NCBI GenBank assembly: GCA_036480195.1
Contig: JAZGGE010000302.1
Location: 1 to 47,252 of the forward strand
Reading direction: 5' to 3'
Source of the DNA: Methylococcales bacterium
Lineage (GTDB): Bacteria; Pseudomonadota; Gammaproteobacteria; Methylococcales; JAZGGE01
Length of the DNA: 47,252 nucleotides
Below, one piece after another: positions 9,114 through 16,778 of the stretch (positions are counted from its first letter, which is position 1; each line of letters begins with the position of its first letter). Below the pieces are notes generated by a model. That model did no database searches and was not told the origin of the DNA. It was given only the letters and a program-made list of their open reading frames with translations. A program made the translations under genes and the position numbers.

Positions 9114-9948
9114 GTTGTTGAGGAAAATCATAGTTACGATATTTTTTGCTTGTTTTCTGACATTGTGGGGGTCAGCTAATGCCCGTGTATATCGTTGGAC
9201 CGATGACGCCGGCACGGTTCACTATACTGATCGGCTAATTACTGGGGCAGCTCAGCTATTAATCCAACCAAACTATCGATATGGTATCGTCAAGAAAGTT
9301 TACGATGGGGATACCGTTGTCATGGAAGATGGCGAAAAAATAAGACTGTTAGGCATCAATACGCCAGAAATTGAGAGCTCCAGGAGGATGGGAGAGCCGG
9401 GTGGTGAAGAAGCAAAACACTGGTTACAGAATAAGCTCAATGGGAGGAAAGTCCGCATTGTTCACGATGTCGTAAAACGAGATAAATATGATCGGCTTCT
9501 AGCGCATCTTTTTTTGGGCAATGGGGTTCATGTTAATGTGGCTTTAGCCAAAGAGGGGCTGGCAACTGTGAATTTTCATCCCCCTAATTTACAATACGCC
9601 AATGATTTACTGGCAGCACAACGTCATGCAAAAGCCAAAAAATTGGGATTATGGGCACAGTCATACTATCAACCCACGCAAATCAATAACCTGCCGATAG
9701 ACTATCGCGGTAAAGGTTGGCAACGATTTGTCGGTCGACCTGATTCTGTTCGGGAAGGGCGACGCTATCAGCGGCTTGTTTTTAACAAGCGTTTTAACAT
9801 ACGAATTGCCAAGGAGAATTTATCACTGTTTCCTGCCTTGGAAAGTTATCTGGATCGTGAAATCGAAGTGCGGGGCTGGCCTTCCCGCAGGGGGAATGTC
9901 ATTTCGGTTTTAATCCGTCATCCGGGATCGCTTGTTGAGTTGGATTAA
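9088..9948 (+). CDS. DUF4124-like / thermonuclease (SNase) domain protein, probably exported
   Basis: N-terminal hydrophobic helix, then a YRWTDDAGTVHYTD (DUF4124-type) motif. The SNase fold motifs are YDGDTVVMEDGEKIRLLGINTPE, KYDRLLAHLF and NVALAKEGLA. The start overlaps the preceding gene by 26 nt. Confidence 0.8.
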   Translation: MSGKWLPHELLRKIIVTIFFACFLTLWGSANARVYRWTDDAGTVHYTDRLITGAAQLLIQPNYRYGIVKKVYDGDTVVMEDGEKIRLLGINTPEIESSRRMGEPGGEEAKHWLQNKLNGRKVRIVHDVVKRDKYDRLLAHLFLGNGVHVNVALAKEGLATVNFHPPNLQYANDLLAAQRHAKAKKLGLWAQSYYQPTQINNLPIDYRGKGWQRFVGRPDSVREGRRYQRLVFNKRFNIRIAKENLSLFPALESYLDREIEVRGWPSRRGNVISVLIRHPGSLVELD

Positions 9949-9998
9949 TGATAGCCTCAGACTATATGATATTTGCAGAATATGTTGTGATATCTTCG

Positions 9999-10052
9999 TA
10001 GGAGGGGCTTTAGCCGCGATCTTGGCCAAGATCGCGGCTAAAGCCCCTCCTA
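9999..10052. repeat. REP-like perfect hairpin, copy 2 (24-bp stem)
   Basis: The arms are identical to copy 1 (9999-10022 and 10029-10052) and the loop is TGGCCA. It lies between the convergent nuclease and iscA genes. Confidence 0.9.
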
Positions 10053-10068
10053 CAAAAAGAGTTAAACG

Positions 10069-10392
10069 TTATACCGCAAAACTCTCCCCACAACCGCACA
10101 TCGCGGTTACGTTCGGATTATCAAAACAAAACGCCTCATTAATACCTTCCTTACGGTAGTCCAACTGTACACCATCAAGAAACTCAAGGTTGTCATTATT
10201 GACTACGATTTTAACCCCGTGATTTTCGAAAACGGAATCACTTTCCGTTATCTCGTCGGCAAAATCAATTTGGTAAGCATAGCCGGAACATCCTGATTTT
10301 TTTACCCCTAAAAGGAGTCCAACCCCTTTACCCCGCTGGGTTAGCTGCTTCTTAATCTGGTTGGCTGCACTTTCTGTTAAGTTAACTGACAT
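10069..10392 (-). CDS. iscA: Fe-S cluster insertion/carrier protein, IscA/HesB family
   Basis: 107 aa. It has GVKKSGCSGYAY and the C-terminal CGCGESFAV signature. An AGAGG RBS is present. Confidence 0.92.
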   Translation of the reverse strand: MSVNLTESAANQIKKQLTQRGKGVGLLLGVKKSGCSGYAYQIDFADEITESDSVFENHGVKIVVNNDNLEFLDGVQLDYRKEGINEAFCFDNPNVTAMCGCGESFAV

Positions 10393-10428
10393 GGTTACCT
10401 CTTTGTTGAATGTTTGGTTAGTTAATAA

Positions 10429-11553
10429 TTAGAGACTCTGGGAGGGAAATAGATCCCTTAAAACGATAAGAAACTGATCAATATCAGCTTTGGTATTATC
10501 AATGCCCAAGCTGATTCTGATTGCACTACGGGCAAGATTTTCGTTAACGCCCATGGCCATCAGGACATGGCTGGGTTTTCCCGACTCACTGGAGCATGCG
10601 GAGCCACTAGAGATCGCTATGCCTTTGCGATCCAATTCCATTAGCAGCATTTCGCCGTTTGTGTTGTCAATTCCAATCAACAGTGTATTGGAGAGTCGGT
10701 TTGTCTGTTTGCCGAAAATAGTTATGCCTGGATATTTTTCCAACGCCTCTTCCAGGTAGACCCGATGCTTGGCAAAGTGCTGTTGTCGATTCTCCAATTC
10801 GTTGATGGCAAGCTCAGCCGCTTTGCCAAAGCCGACAATGGCTGCTACATTTTCCGTTCCACCACGTAATTCATGCTCTTGTCCACCGCCATGAATGTGG
10901 GGCTCAAGAGTAACAGATTTGTCAAAAATCAGAGCGCCGATACCTTTCGGCCCATAGATCTTATGTGCTGAAAGAGACATCAGGTGGACACCGAGCCGCT
11001 CGAAATTTATGGGTATTTTACCTGCTGCTTGAATGGCATCTGTATGAATGATTGTGGCATCGGATTTGATTGCGTCCGTCAGTTGTGGAATATCCTGGAT
11101 TACGCCAGTTTCATTGTTGGCGAGCATGAGTGAAATCAGTTGAAAACTGCCGTTAGGTTCAGATATTAACTGGGTTTGATCTATTTGTCCGCTATAGTTG
11201 ACAGGTATTGTACGGATTTTCCAACCCAACGTTGTTAGGGCTAACGCAGGATTACTGACAGAAGGATGTTCGGTTGCTCCAATTGAAATTATCCCGGCCT
11301 TTTTGTTGGAGGCGATTCCTTTTATAGCCAGGTTATTGGCTTCTGTACCGCCACTGGTGAAAATGACTTGAGAAGGGTGCGCACTCACCAGCGCTGCTAC
11401 CTGCTCCCGAGCTATTTCAATGGCTCCCCGGGTCATTCGGCCTGCTTTATACAAGCTTGAAGGATTGCCGTACCAAGATTTCAGGTAGGGTATCATCGCT
11501 TCCAACACCCGGCTGTCTACGGGGGTGGTAGCGTTGTGGTCGAGATAAATCAT
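10429..11553 (-). CDS. iscS: Cysteine desulfurase, NifS/IscS class I (374 aa, short form)
   Basis: Starts MIYLDHNATTP. It has the PLP-Lys motif SLSAHKIYGPKG and the active-site loop SSGSACSSE. It is about 30 aa shorter than enterobacterial IscS. Confidence 0.92.
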   Translation of the reverse strand: MIYLDHNATTPVDSRVLEAMIPYLKSWYGNPSSLYKAGRMTRGAIEIAREQVAALVSAHPSQVIFTSGGTEANNLAIKGIASNKKAGIISIGATEHPSVSNPALALTTLGWKIRTIPVNYSGQIDQTQLISEPNGSFQLISLMLANNETGVIQDIPQLTDAIKSDATIIHTDAIQAAGKIPINFERLGVHLMSLSAHKIYGPKGIGALIFDKSVTLEPHIHGGGQEHELRGGTENVAAIVGFGKAAELAINELENRQQHFAKHRVYLEEALEKYPGITIFGKQTNRLSNTLLIGIDNTNGEMLLMELDRKGIAISSGSACSSESGKPSHVLMAMGVNENLARSAIRISLGIDNTKADIDQFLIVLRDLFPSQSL

Positions 11554-11557
11554 AGGA

Positions 11558-11724
11558 CTAAGAAACGGGAAATAAATAAATTGTATATTATGGCGCAGTA
11601 TTTTTGTTTGTCTTCATTCGTATAGCAACGGGCGTATAGCTGGCTACGTAACTGTTGCTATACGAATGAAGACGGACAAAAAGGCAAGCTAGAATGTATA
11701 AGTTATTTATTTCCCGTTCCTAAG
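11558..11724. repeat. MITE-like long-hairpin element, family B, copy 1
   Basis: The outer arms are CTAAGAAACGGGAAATAAATAA... and ...TTATTTATTTCCCGTTCCTAAG. The inner palindrome is TTGTCTTCATTCGTATAGCAAC and GTTGCTATACGAATGAAGACGGACAA. A second copy lies at 14123-14288. This copy starts 4 nt upstream of the iscS start codon. Confidence 0.8.
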
Positions 11725-11806
11725 GTAAAAGCGCGGTTGCTTCTCAGTCTTGCATCCTTAGAAAGGGTCTTTTCAGTAGCAGGTGCTCTATTTTCGGATA
11801 GCGTCT

Positions 11807-12292
11807 TTAGAGACTTATTCCTTTCGGACAAAGTGTGATATCCATCTGTTTCATCGATTGTGCTGTTTGTCTTTCCGCGACTGCCTGAATATTTTTTTGC
11901 TGGATAAGATCTCCCAAACTGATAGATTTGAGATAAGTGTGTATTTGCTCACTCAATCCCATCCAGAGGTGGTGAGTCAGACAGGGTTCATTGTTTTGGC
12001 AATTGGCTTTCCCGCCACATCGGGTCGAATCAACCACTTCATCAACAGCGGTGATAATATCGGCAATGTTGAGGTCAGTGGCTTTTCGACTTAGCCGATA
12101 ACCACCGCCAGGACCACGAACTCCCGTTACCAGTCCAGCTTTTCGCAAGCGGGCGAAGAGTTGCTCCAGATAGGATAGTGAAATACCTTGGCGTTTCGCG
12201 ATGTCTGTGAGAGTAATGGGTCTTTGGTCGTTATGGAACGCAAGATCTAGCATCGCTGTGACAGCGTAGCGGCCTTTTGTTGTTAATCGCAC
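11807..12292 (-). CDS. iscR: Fe-S cluster assembly transcriptional regulator IscR (Rrf2 family)
   Basis: Starts MRLTTKGRYAVTAMLDLA (GTG start). It has the wHTH and the cluster ligands C-x5-C-x5-C-x2-H (CGGKANCQNNEPCLTHH). Confidence 0.93.
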   Translation of the reverse strand: MRLTTKGRYAVTAMLDLAFHNDQRPITLTDIAKRQGISLSYLEQLFARLRKAGLVTGVRGPGGGYRLSRKATDLNIADIITAVDEVVDSTRCGGKANCQNNEPCLTHHLWMGLSEQIHTYLKSISLGDLIQQKNIQAVAERQTAQSMKQMDITLCPKGISL

Positions 12293-12335
12293 AGTTTGTA
12301 TCCTCGCCCAGTAGAAGTTATTAAGCTTAACTATA

Positions 12336-12360
12336 CATAACCTACCAAATTAGTCAATTA
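12336..12360 (-). promoter_or_regulatory. Candidate IscR type-1 operator upstream of iscR
   Basis: ATAACCTACCAAATTAGTCAATTAA matches about 19 of 25 positions of the E. coli type-1 consensus ATASYYGACTRWWWYAGTCRRSTAT, by my manual alignment. It lies in the 96-bp cysE-iscR spacer. Confidence 0.35.
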
Positions 12361-12388
12361 ATATTCCGGGTTATTCTTGACGCGGGTC

Positions 12389-13150
12389 TCACTCAGGCGG
12401 GTTATTTTCGGGGTCAATTGAACAGCCATCCAATTTGGAAGTTGGGATGTCTTTTATGTCTATGCCAGCGATTTTAAGTGCATCTTTCATCGCTGAGACT
12501 TGTTCATCCATGCTATGAATATGATCGAGCATTTTATTAATGGCATGAGCAACCGGATCGGGCATATCCCGACCGGTGCCGTAAGCGCTGAATCCCATTT
12601 TATCCGCGATTGCCTGGCGATTTGAGGCAGTTTGAGATTCGGAGCTAATCACATGCCCCGGAATACCGACAACGGTAGCACCCGGGGGTACGTTTTTCAA
12701 TACAACGGAATTCGAACCAATGCGGGCGTTGTCACCCACATGAATAGGCCCTAAAACTTTGGCTCCGGCACCGACAACGACACCCGTTCCCAGAGTCGGG
12801 TGGCGTTTTCCTTTTTCCCAACTCGTCCCTCCCAATGTGACACTGTGATAAAGCGTGCAGTCATCGCCGATGATGGCTGTTTCACCAACCACAACGCCCA
12901 TACCATGATCGATAAAAAAACGACGGCCTATCTGCGCGCCGGGGTGAATTTCAATGCCAGTAAGCCAGCGACTTATGTGAGAAATAAATCGTCCTAACCA
13001 CCTAAAGCCAAGATTCCAGACCCTATGACTTATTCGGTGAACCAAGATGGCATGGAATCCTGGATAGGCGGTGACTATTTCGAGAACTGACTGGGCAGCC
13101 GGGTCTCTGTCGAAAACACAATCAATTTCTTCTTTTATGCGCTCAAACAT
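12389..13150 (-). CDS. cysE: Serine O-acetyltransferase
   Basis: Carries the SATase N-terminal domain and left-handed beta-helix hexapeptide repeats ([32 protein letters not shown]...). Confidence 0.93.
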   Translation of the reverse strand: MFERIKEEIDCVFDRDPAAQSVLEIVTAYPGFHAILVHRISHRVWNLGFRWLGRFISHISRWLTGIEIHPGAQIGRRFFIDHGMGVVVGETAIIGDDCTLYHSVTLGGTSWEKGKRHPTLGTGVVVGAGAKVLGPIHVGDNARIGSNSVVLKNVPPGATVVGIPGHVISSESQTASNRQAIADKMGFSAYGTGRDMPDPVAHAINKMLDHIHSMDEQVSAMKDALKIAGIDIKDIPTSKLDGCSIDPENNPPE

Positions 13151-13189
13151 GGGGTCAGGTGCTTATTTGTTTCTAGGGTTTGTGATCGA

Positions 13190-13921
13190 CTAATTGCTAT
13201 CTTTAGAAGTGGGGGAAATGCGTTGGATGGCAGACAGTATACCCCTCAGCATATCAATTTCCTTCGATTCAATTCGTGCGCGATTAAAGAGACGTCGCAG
13301 GCGGCGCATTATCGTACGGGATCTGTCCGGATGAATGAATCCAAGATCTTGCATTGTCTGAAAGAGATGATGATAAAACATTTCCAGTTGAGCTGCTTTA
13401 GCTAGTATTTCAGTTTCCACTGCAGGTTCCGGGCTATTCTCCAACTGAGTGAACAGTTCGTAGCCGATGATTTGTGCTGCCGAGGCCAGGTTTAGCGAGC
13501 TAAAGCGCGGATTACAAGGAATTTTCATTAGAAAATGGCAGCAATCCAGTTCGGCATTTGTTAATCCTGAATGTTCTCGTCCGAACAATATGGCGGTATT
13601 GCTGTGAGGCGCTATTGAGCGTACTTTTCCCGGACATTCCTGGGCTGTAATTTCCGGCCAGGAAATTGTACGGGAACGGACACTCGCTCCAATAACCAGA
13701 TGGCAATCGGCAATGGCTTCCTGAACTGTATTACAGACCATGGCATTGGATAGTAAATCGTCTGCGCCTGATGCTCGGGCGGTTGCATCGGCATTGGGAT
13801 AGTGTTTCGGTTTTACTAAATAGAGGTTTGAGAGTCCCATGTTTTTCATGGCTCTTGCAACGGCACCAATATTACCTGGGTGAGTGGTGCCAACAAGAAC
13901 GAAGCGAATTGAAGATAACAC
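13190..13921 (-). CDS. trmJ: tRNA (cytidine/uridine-2'-O)-methyltransferase TrmJ (SpoU family)
   Basis: IRFVLVGTTHPGNIGAVARAMKNMG, FGREHSGLTNAEL and IPCNPRFSSLNLASAAQI. GTG 13921 gives the canonical N-terminus (V/M)LSSIRFVLV. The track start 14014 adds 31 residues that run into a repeat element. Confidence 0.85.
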   Translation of the reverse strand: MLSSIRFVLVGTTHPGNIGAVARAMKNMGLSNLYLVKPKHYPNADATARASGADDLLSNAMVCNTVQEAIADCHLVIGASVRSRTISWPEITAQECPGKVRSIAPHSNTAILFGREHSGLTNAELDCCHFLMKIPCNPRFSSLNLASAAQIIGYELFTQLENSPEPAVETEILAKAAQLEMFYHHLFQTMQDLGFIHPDRSRTIMRRLRRLFNRARIESKEIDMLRGILSAIQRISPTSKDSN

Positions 13922-13980
13922 GTTATTTTCTTCAGAAATACACTGGAAATTCAAAAAGATATTAAGTGGCTTTTTTGCTA

Positions 13981-14124
13981 AGAACCTGTTCAAGATCTCG
14001 CTGAAGGGATGCATCGCGACGTTAAAAGTGGTCTCAAAATGCTCATATACGACCAGTATGTTGCGCTTTTTCGTCCACTTTTGCCTTGCGCTGCATCCCT
14101 TGATCGAGATCTTGAACAGGTTCT
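13981..14124. repeat. Palindromic element, family C (33-bp terminal inverted repeats, 31/33 match)
   Basis: AGAACCTGTTCAAGATCTCGCTGAAGGGATGCA (13981-14013) pairs with the reverse complement of TGCATCCCTTGATCGAGATCTTGAACAGGTTCT (14092-14124). Only one copy is present in the window. Confidence 0.6.
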
Positions 14125-14288
14125 AAGGAATGAAAAATAAATAAGTTGTGTATTATCGCGCAGTTTTTTGTCCGTCTTCGTTTGAGTAGCAACAGGCGCA
14201 TAGTAAGCTACGTAACTGTTGTTACTCGGGCGAAGACGGACAAAAGAACAAGTGAGAATGTATAAGTTATTTAATTTCCATTCCTAAG
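14123..14288. repeat. MITE-like long-hairpin element, family B, copy 2
   Basis: Has the same architecture and most of the sequence of 11558-11724 (CTAAGGAATGAAAAATAAATAAG...GAAGACGGACAAAAG...TTATTTAATTTCCATTCCTAAG). It abuts the family C element. Confidence 0.8.
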
Positions 14289-14353
14289 TTGTTTTAGGAC
14301 GTAGATTCTAGCAGAAGTTTGGTATCCTACCCTATTTAACCCAGGAGCCTAAA

Positions 14354-15154
14354 ATGCAACCTATGCTTTCCATTGCTATCCGCGCAGCGCGTAATGCTGG
14401 CGATATTATTGTTCGGTCAATGCAAAAGCTCGATACCATACAGGTTACTCAGAAAGGAAAAAATGATTTCACCAGTGATGTGGATATTCGCGCTGAACAG
14501 GAAATTATCGCAGTCATTCATAAATCTTTTCCGGATCATGGGATTCTTGCAGAAGAGAGTGGACTTTTGAAGGGTAGAAGGGACGAATTCCTGTGGATTA
14601 TTGATCCACTGGATGGAACCATCAATTATTTGCACGGATTTCCCCAGTTTGCGGTTTCCATCGCACTAAAACATAAAGGGAAGTATCAGCAAGCAGTGGT
14701 GTATGATCCGTTGCGGCAGGAACTATTCACTGCATCCCGAGGCGGCGGCGCACACCTAAATAATCGCCGACTTCGAGTCACCAAACAGACGGATATGCCG
14801 GGTGCTTTAATAGGGACGGGTTTTCCTTTCAAACACCAGCAGCATTTGGATGCGTACCTGGCTATGTTTAAAACTTTGATTAAGGAGGTAGGGGGGATTC
14901 GGCGGGCAGGGGCCGCAGCATTGGATCTTGCATACGTTGCTGCAGGGCGTCTTGATGGTTATTGGGAAATCGGCGTTAAAGAGTGGGGTATGGCGGCGGG
15001 GGTTTTATTGGTTCAGGAAGCCGGTGGGATAGTCACTGATTTTGGCAACGGATCTGACTATGAGAGGAAAGGTAACATTATCGCGGCAAGTGCCAGCTTT
15101 CATAAGACAATTCAGCGGTTAATTATTCCACATGTGACGGATAGCCTTTCTTAG
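14354..15154 (+). CDS. suhB: Inositol-1-monophosphatase family protein SuhB
   Basis: Contains the IMPase motifs WIIDPLDGTINYLHGFP and GAAALDLAYVAAGRLDGYWE. An AGGAG RBS is present. Confidence 0.94.
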   Translation: MQPMLSIAIRAARNAGDIIVRSMQKLDTIQVTQKGKNDFTSDVDIRAEQEIIAVIHKSFPDHGILAEESGLLKGRRDEFLWIIDPLDGTINYLHGFPQFAVSIALKHKGKYQQAVVYDPLRQELFTASRGGGAHLNNRRLRVTKQTDMPGALIGTGFPFKHQQHLDAYLAMFKTLIKEVGGIRRAGAAALDLAYVAAGRLDGYWEIGVKEWGMAAGVLLVQEAGGIVTDFGNGSDYERKGNIIAASASFHKTIQRLIIPHVTDSLS

Positions 15155-15176
15155 AATCTATTTTCAACATGGGGGA

Positions 15177-15941
15177 CTATATTCTAAGAATGAGGCGACG
15201 ATGTGCGAGCTTTTTTAAAATCTCTTCACCCTTTCCGAGCAGTTGTTCTTGGGCTGGCATTCCTAGCTCTTCCGCAATTTGAGATATGACGGATTCTCCC
15301 GTTCTTTCTTCTTTCAATAAGTCCATCAAGCGGTGGGTGATTTGATTGATTTCTAGAAACCGAACGTTATCTTGGTCGTTTCGGTATACCGCCAAAAAAG
15401 TTGGAGAAGGTGGTGGCGCATCGGGTTGGTAGTCAGGAGAAATTCGGTGTACGGGGAATTGGTACGCTAGTGGCCAGGCCAGCCGAGAAAGCGTTATGTT
15501 GCAGCCCAGAGGGTCGGACAGCAGTTGCTCATCTGGCGAAGGTGTATCCCCTTCCGCAATGGATAGAGCCAGCTCTACCCATTCGTAATGGGCAAGTTCC
15601 AGTAAGAAAGGAGGATCAGTCGAAACAGGCGTTCTCTCATCCCGTAAATAAGCAATAAACTCTAGTGGAATTTCGGCAAAGTAAGGGGATTTGCTGCGGT
15701 GGTTAGTGAAAAATGTCCGGTTTAATGAGCGCCATTGATCGGCAGGTAATATTTTTCGCAATACTGGGAAATTGTTAGATAATAATCTTTCAATGTTATT
15801 GGCGAAAAGTCTCAGGTAGACTTCCATGCGCTTTCCATCGATACCCGCAGGTAACGGGTACTCTTCAGGTTTGCGTATGTGGTTGGTAAACGCAAATTGG
15901 ATCTGAATATAGGAAGGGGGTTTAGCCGAACCGGATTCCAT
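15177..15941 (-). CDS. DUF2063-family partner protein of an MNIO enzyme (HvfC/BufC/MbnC-like)
   Basis: It lies immediately downstream of, and overlaps, the DUF692 gene. The N-terminal region (IQIQFAFTNHIRKPE...RLFANNIERLLSNNFPVL) resembles the DUF2063 N-terminal domain. ATG 15941 is preferred over 15971. Confidence 0.7.
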   Translation of the reverse strand: MESGSAKPPSYIQIQFAFTNHIRKPEEYPLPAGIDGKRMEVYLRLFANNIERLLSNNFPVLRKILPADQWRSLNRTFFTNHRSKSPYFAEIPLEFIAYLRDERTPVSTDPPFLLELAHYEWVELALSIAEGDTPSPDEQLLSDPLGCNITLSRLAWPLAYQFPVHRISPDYQPDAPPPSPTFLAVYRNDQDNVRFLEINQITHRLMDLLKEERTGESVISQIAEELGMPAQEQLLGKGEEILKKLAHRRLILRI

Positions 15942-16770
15942 GATGTTGTTTCCACGATGCCTGGATACCACGAATAGTATTGACTTCTACTATTAGCTCA
16001 CTCAGAGAAGGAATATTAAAGTCACGTTCCAGGAGGGTTGGAAACACGCCGAAAAGTTCATACGCTCGGCCAAGAAGCTTCCAAACCGGGTCAATTATTT
16101 CAGCACCGTGGGTGTCAACAAGAAAATCTTCTTCCTCAACGTAGTGACCGGCGATATGGGCGTAGGCAATTCGTTCAGCCGGAATAGCGGAAACGAATTT
16201 TTCCGCATCGTAACCGTGGTTGACACTGTTTACGTAGATATTGTTAATATCAATGAGAAGGCCACAATCTGCTTCTTCAACGACTAGGTTGAGGAAATCT
16301 ATTTCGTCCATCTCTTTACCTGGTGCGACATAATAAGAGACGTTCTCGATGGCTATGCGTTGTTCCAGAATATCCTGAACACGTCTAATCCGTTGTGCGA
16401 CATAGTGCGCTGCTTCGAGGGTAAACGGGATTGGCATTAGGTCATACAGGTGCCCCTCGTCGCTGCAATAGCTAAGATGTTCACTATAAAGCCGGATATT
16501 ATGTTGCTTTAGAAAGGTTTTAAGGTTGATGAGAAATTCTTCATCCAGCGGTGCCGAGCTTCCGATCGAAAGAGAAAGTCCGTGACATATAAACGGGAAA
16601 CGTTCTGTTAGGGAACGAAACAGCTTTCCCCAACGACCCCCGATAAACATCCAGTTCTCGGGAGCGGCTTCAAAGAAATCTACCCCCGCAGGAACCGACC
16701 CGGCAACTTCAGCGAGGAAGGTTCGCCGAAGACCCAGTCCGGCACCTGTTACCGGGAGAAGGTTTTTCAC
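15922..16770 (-). CDS. DUF692 / multinuclear non-heme iron oxidase (MNIO; MbnB/HvfB/BufB family)
   Basis: UPF0276-type TIM barrel: GAGLGLRR, FFEAAPENW, SEHLSYC, IENVSYY, GLLIDINNIYVNSVNHG, AYAHIAGH and PTLLERD. The GTG start lies 8 nt after the precursor stop. Confidence 0.85.
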   Translation of the reverse strand: MKNLLPVTGAGLGLRRTFLAEVAGSVPAGVDFFEAAPENWMFIGGRWGKLFRSLTERFPFICHGLSLSIGSSAPLDEEFLINLKTFLKQHNIRLYSEHLSYCSDEGHLYDLMPIPFTLEAAHYVAQRIRRVQDILEQRIAIENVSYYVAPGKEMDEIDFLNLVVEEADCGLLIDINNIYVNSVNHGYDAEKFVSAIPAERIAYAHIAGHYVEEEDFLVDTHGAEIIDPVWKLLGRAYELFGVFPTLLERDFNIPSLSELIVEVNTIRGIQASWKQHHGIRFG

Positions 16771-16778
16771 GATTGTGG

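Noticed and set aside
6913-10052. The two identical hairpins as a CRISPR array or as ends of a composite transposon
   Set aside because: There are only two copies, about 3 kb apart, so there is no repeat-spacer periodicity. Each copy is itself a perfect palindrome, unlike the inverted terminal pairs of a transposon. No transposase lies between them and no direct target duplications are evident. A REP-type element is the simpler reading.
9932-10159. 75-aa plus-strand ORF
   Set aside because: It is translated straight through the REP hairpin and then antisense into iscA. It has no RBS and no similarity to anything I recognise.
11783-12094. 103-aa plus-strand ORF
   Set aside because: It lies antisense within iscR, which is strongly supported by its Rrf2 motifs. 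It is a shadow ORF.
13922-14014. Longer trmJ start (ATG 14014, 274 aa)
   Set aside because: The extra 31 residues (MHPFSEILNRFLAKKPLNIFLNFQCISEENN) have no TrmJ homology and are read out of the terminal inverted repeat of a palindromic element. GTG 13921 restores the canonical N-terminus.
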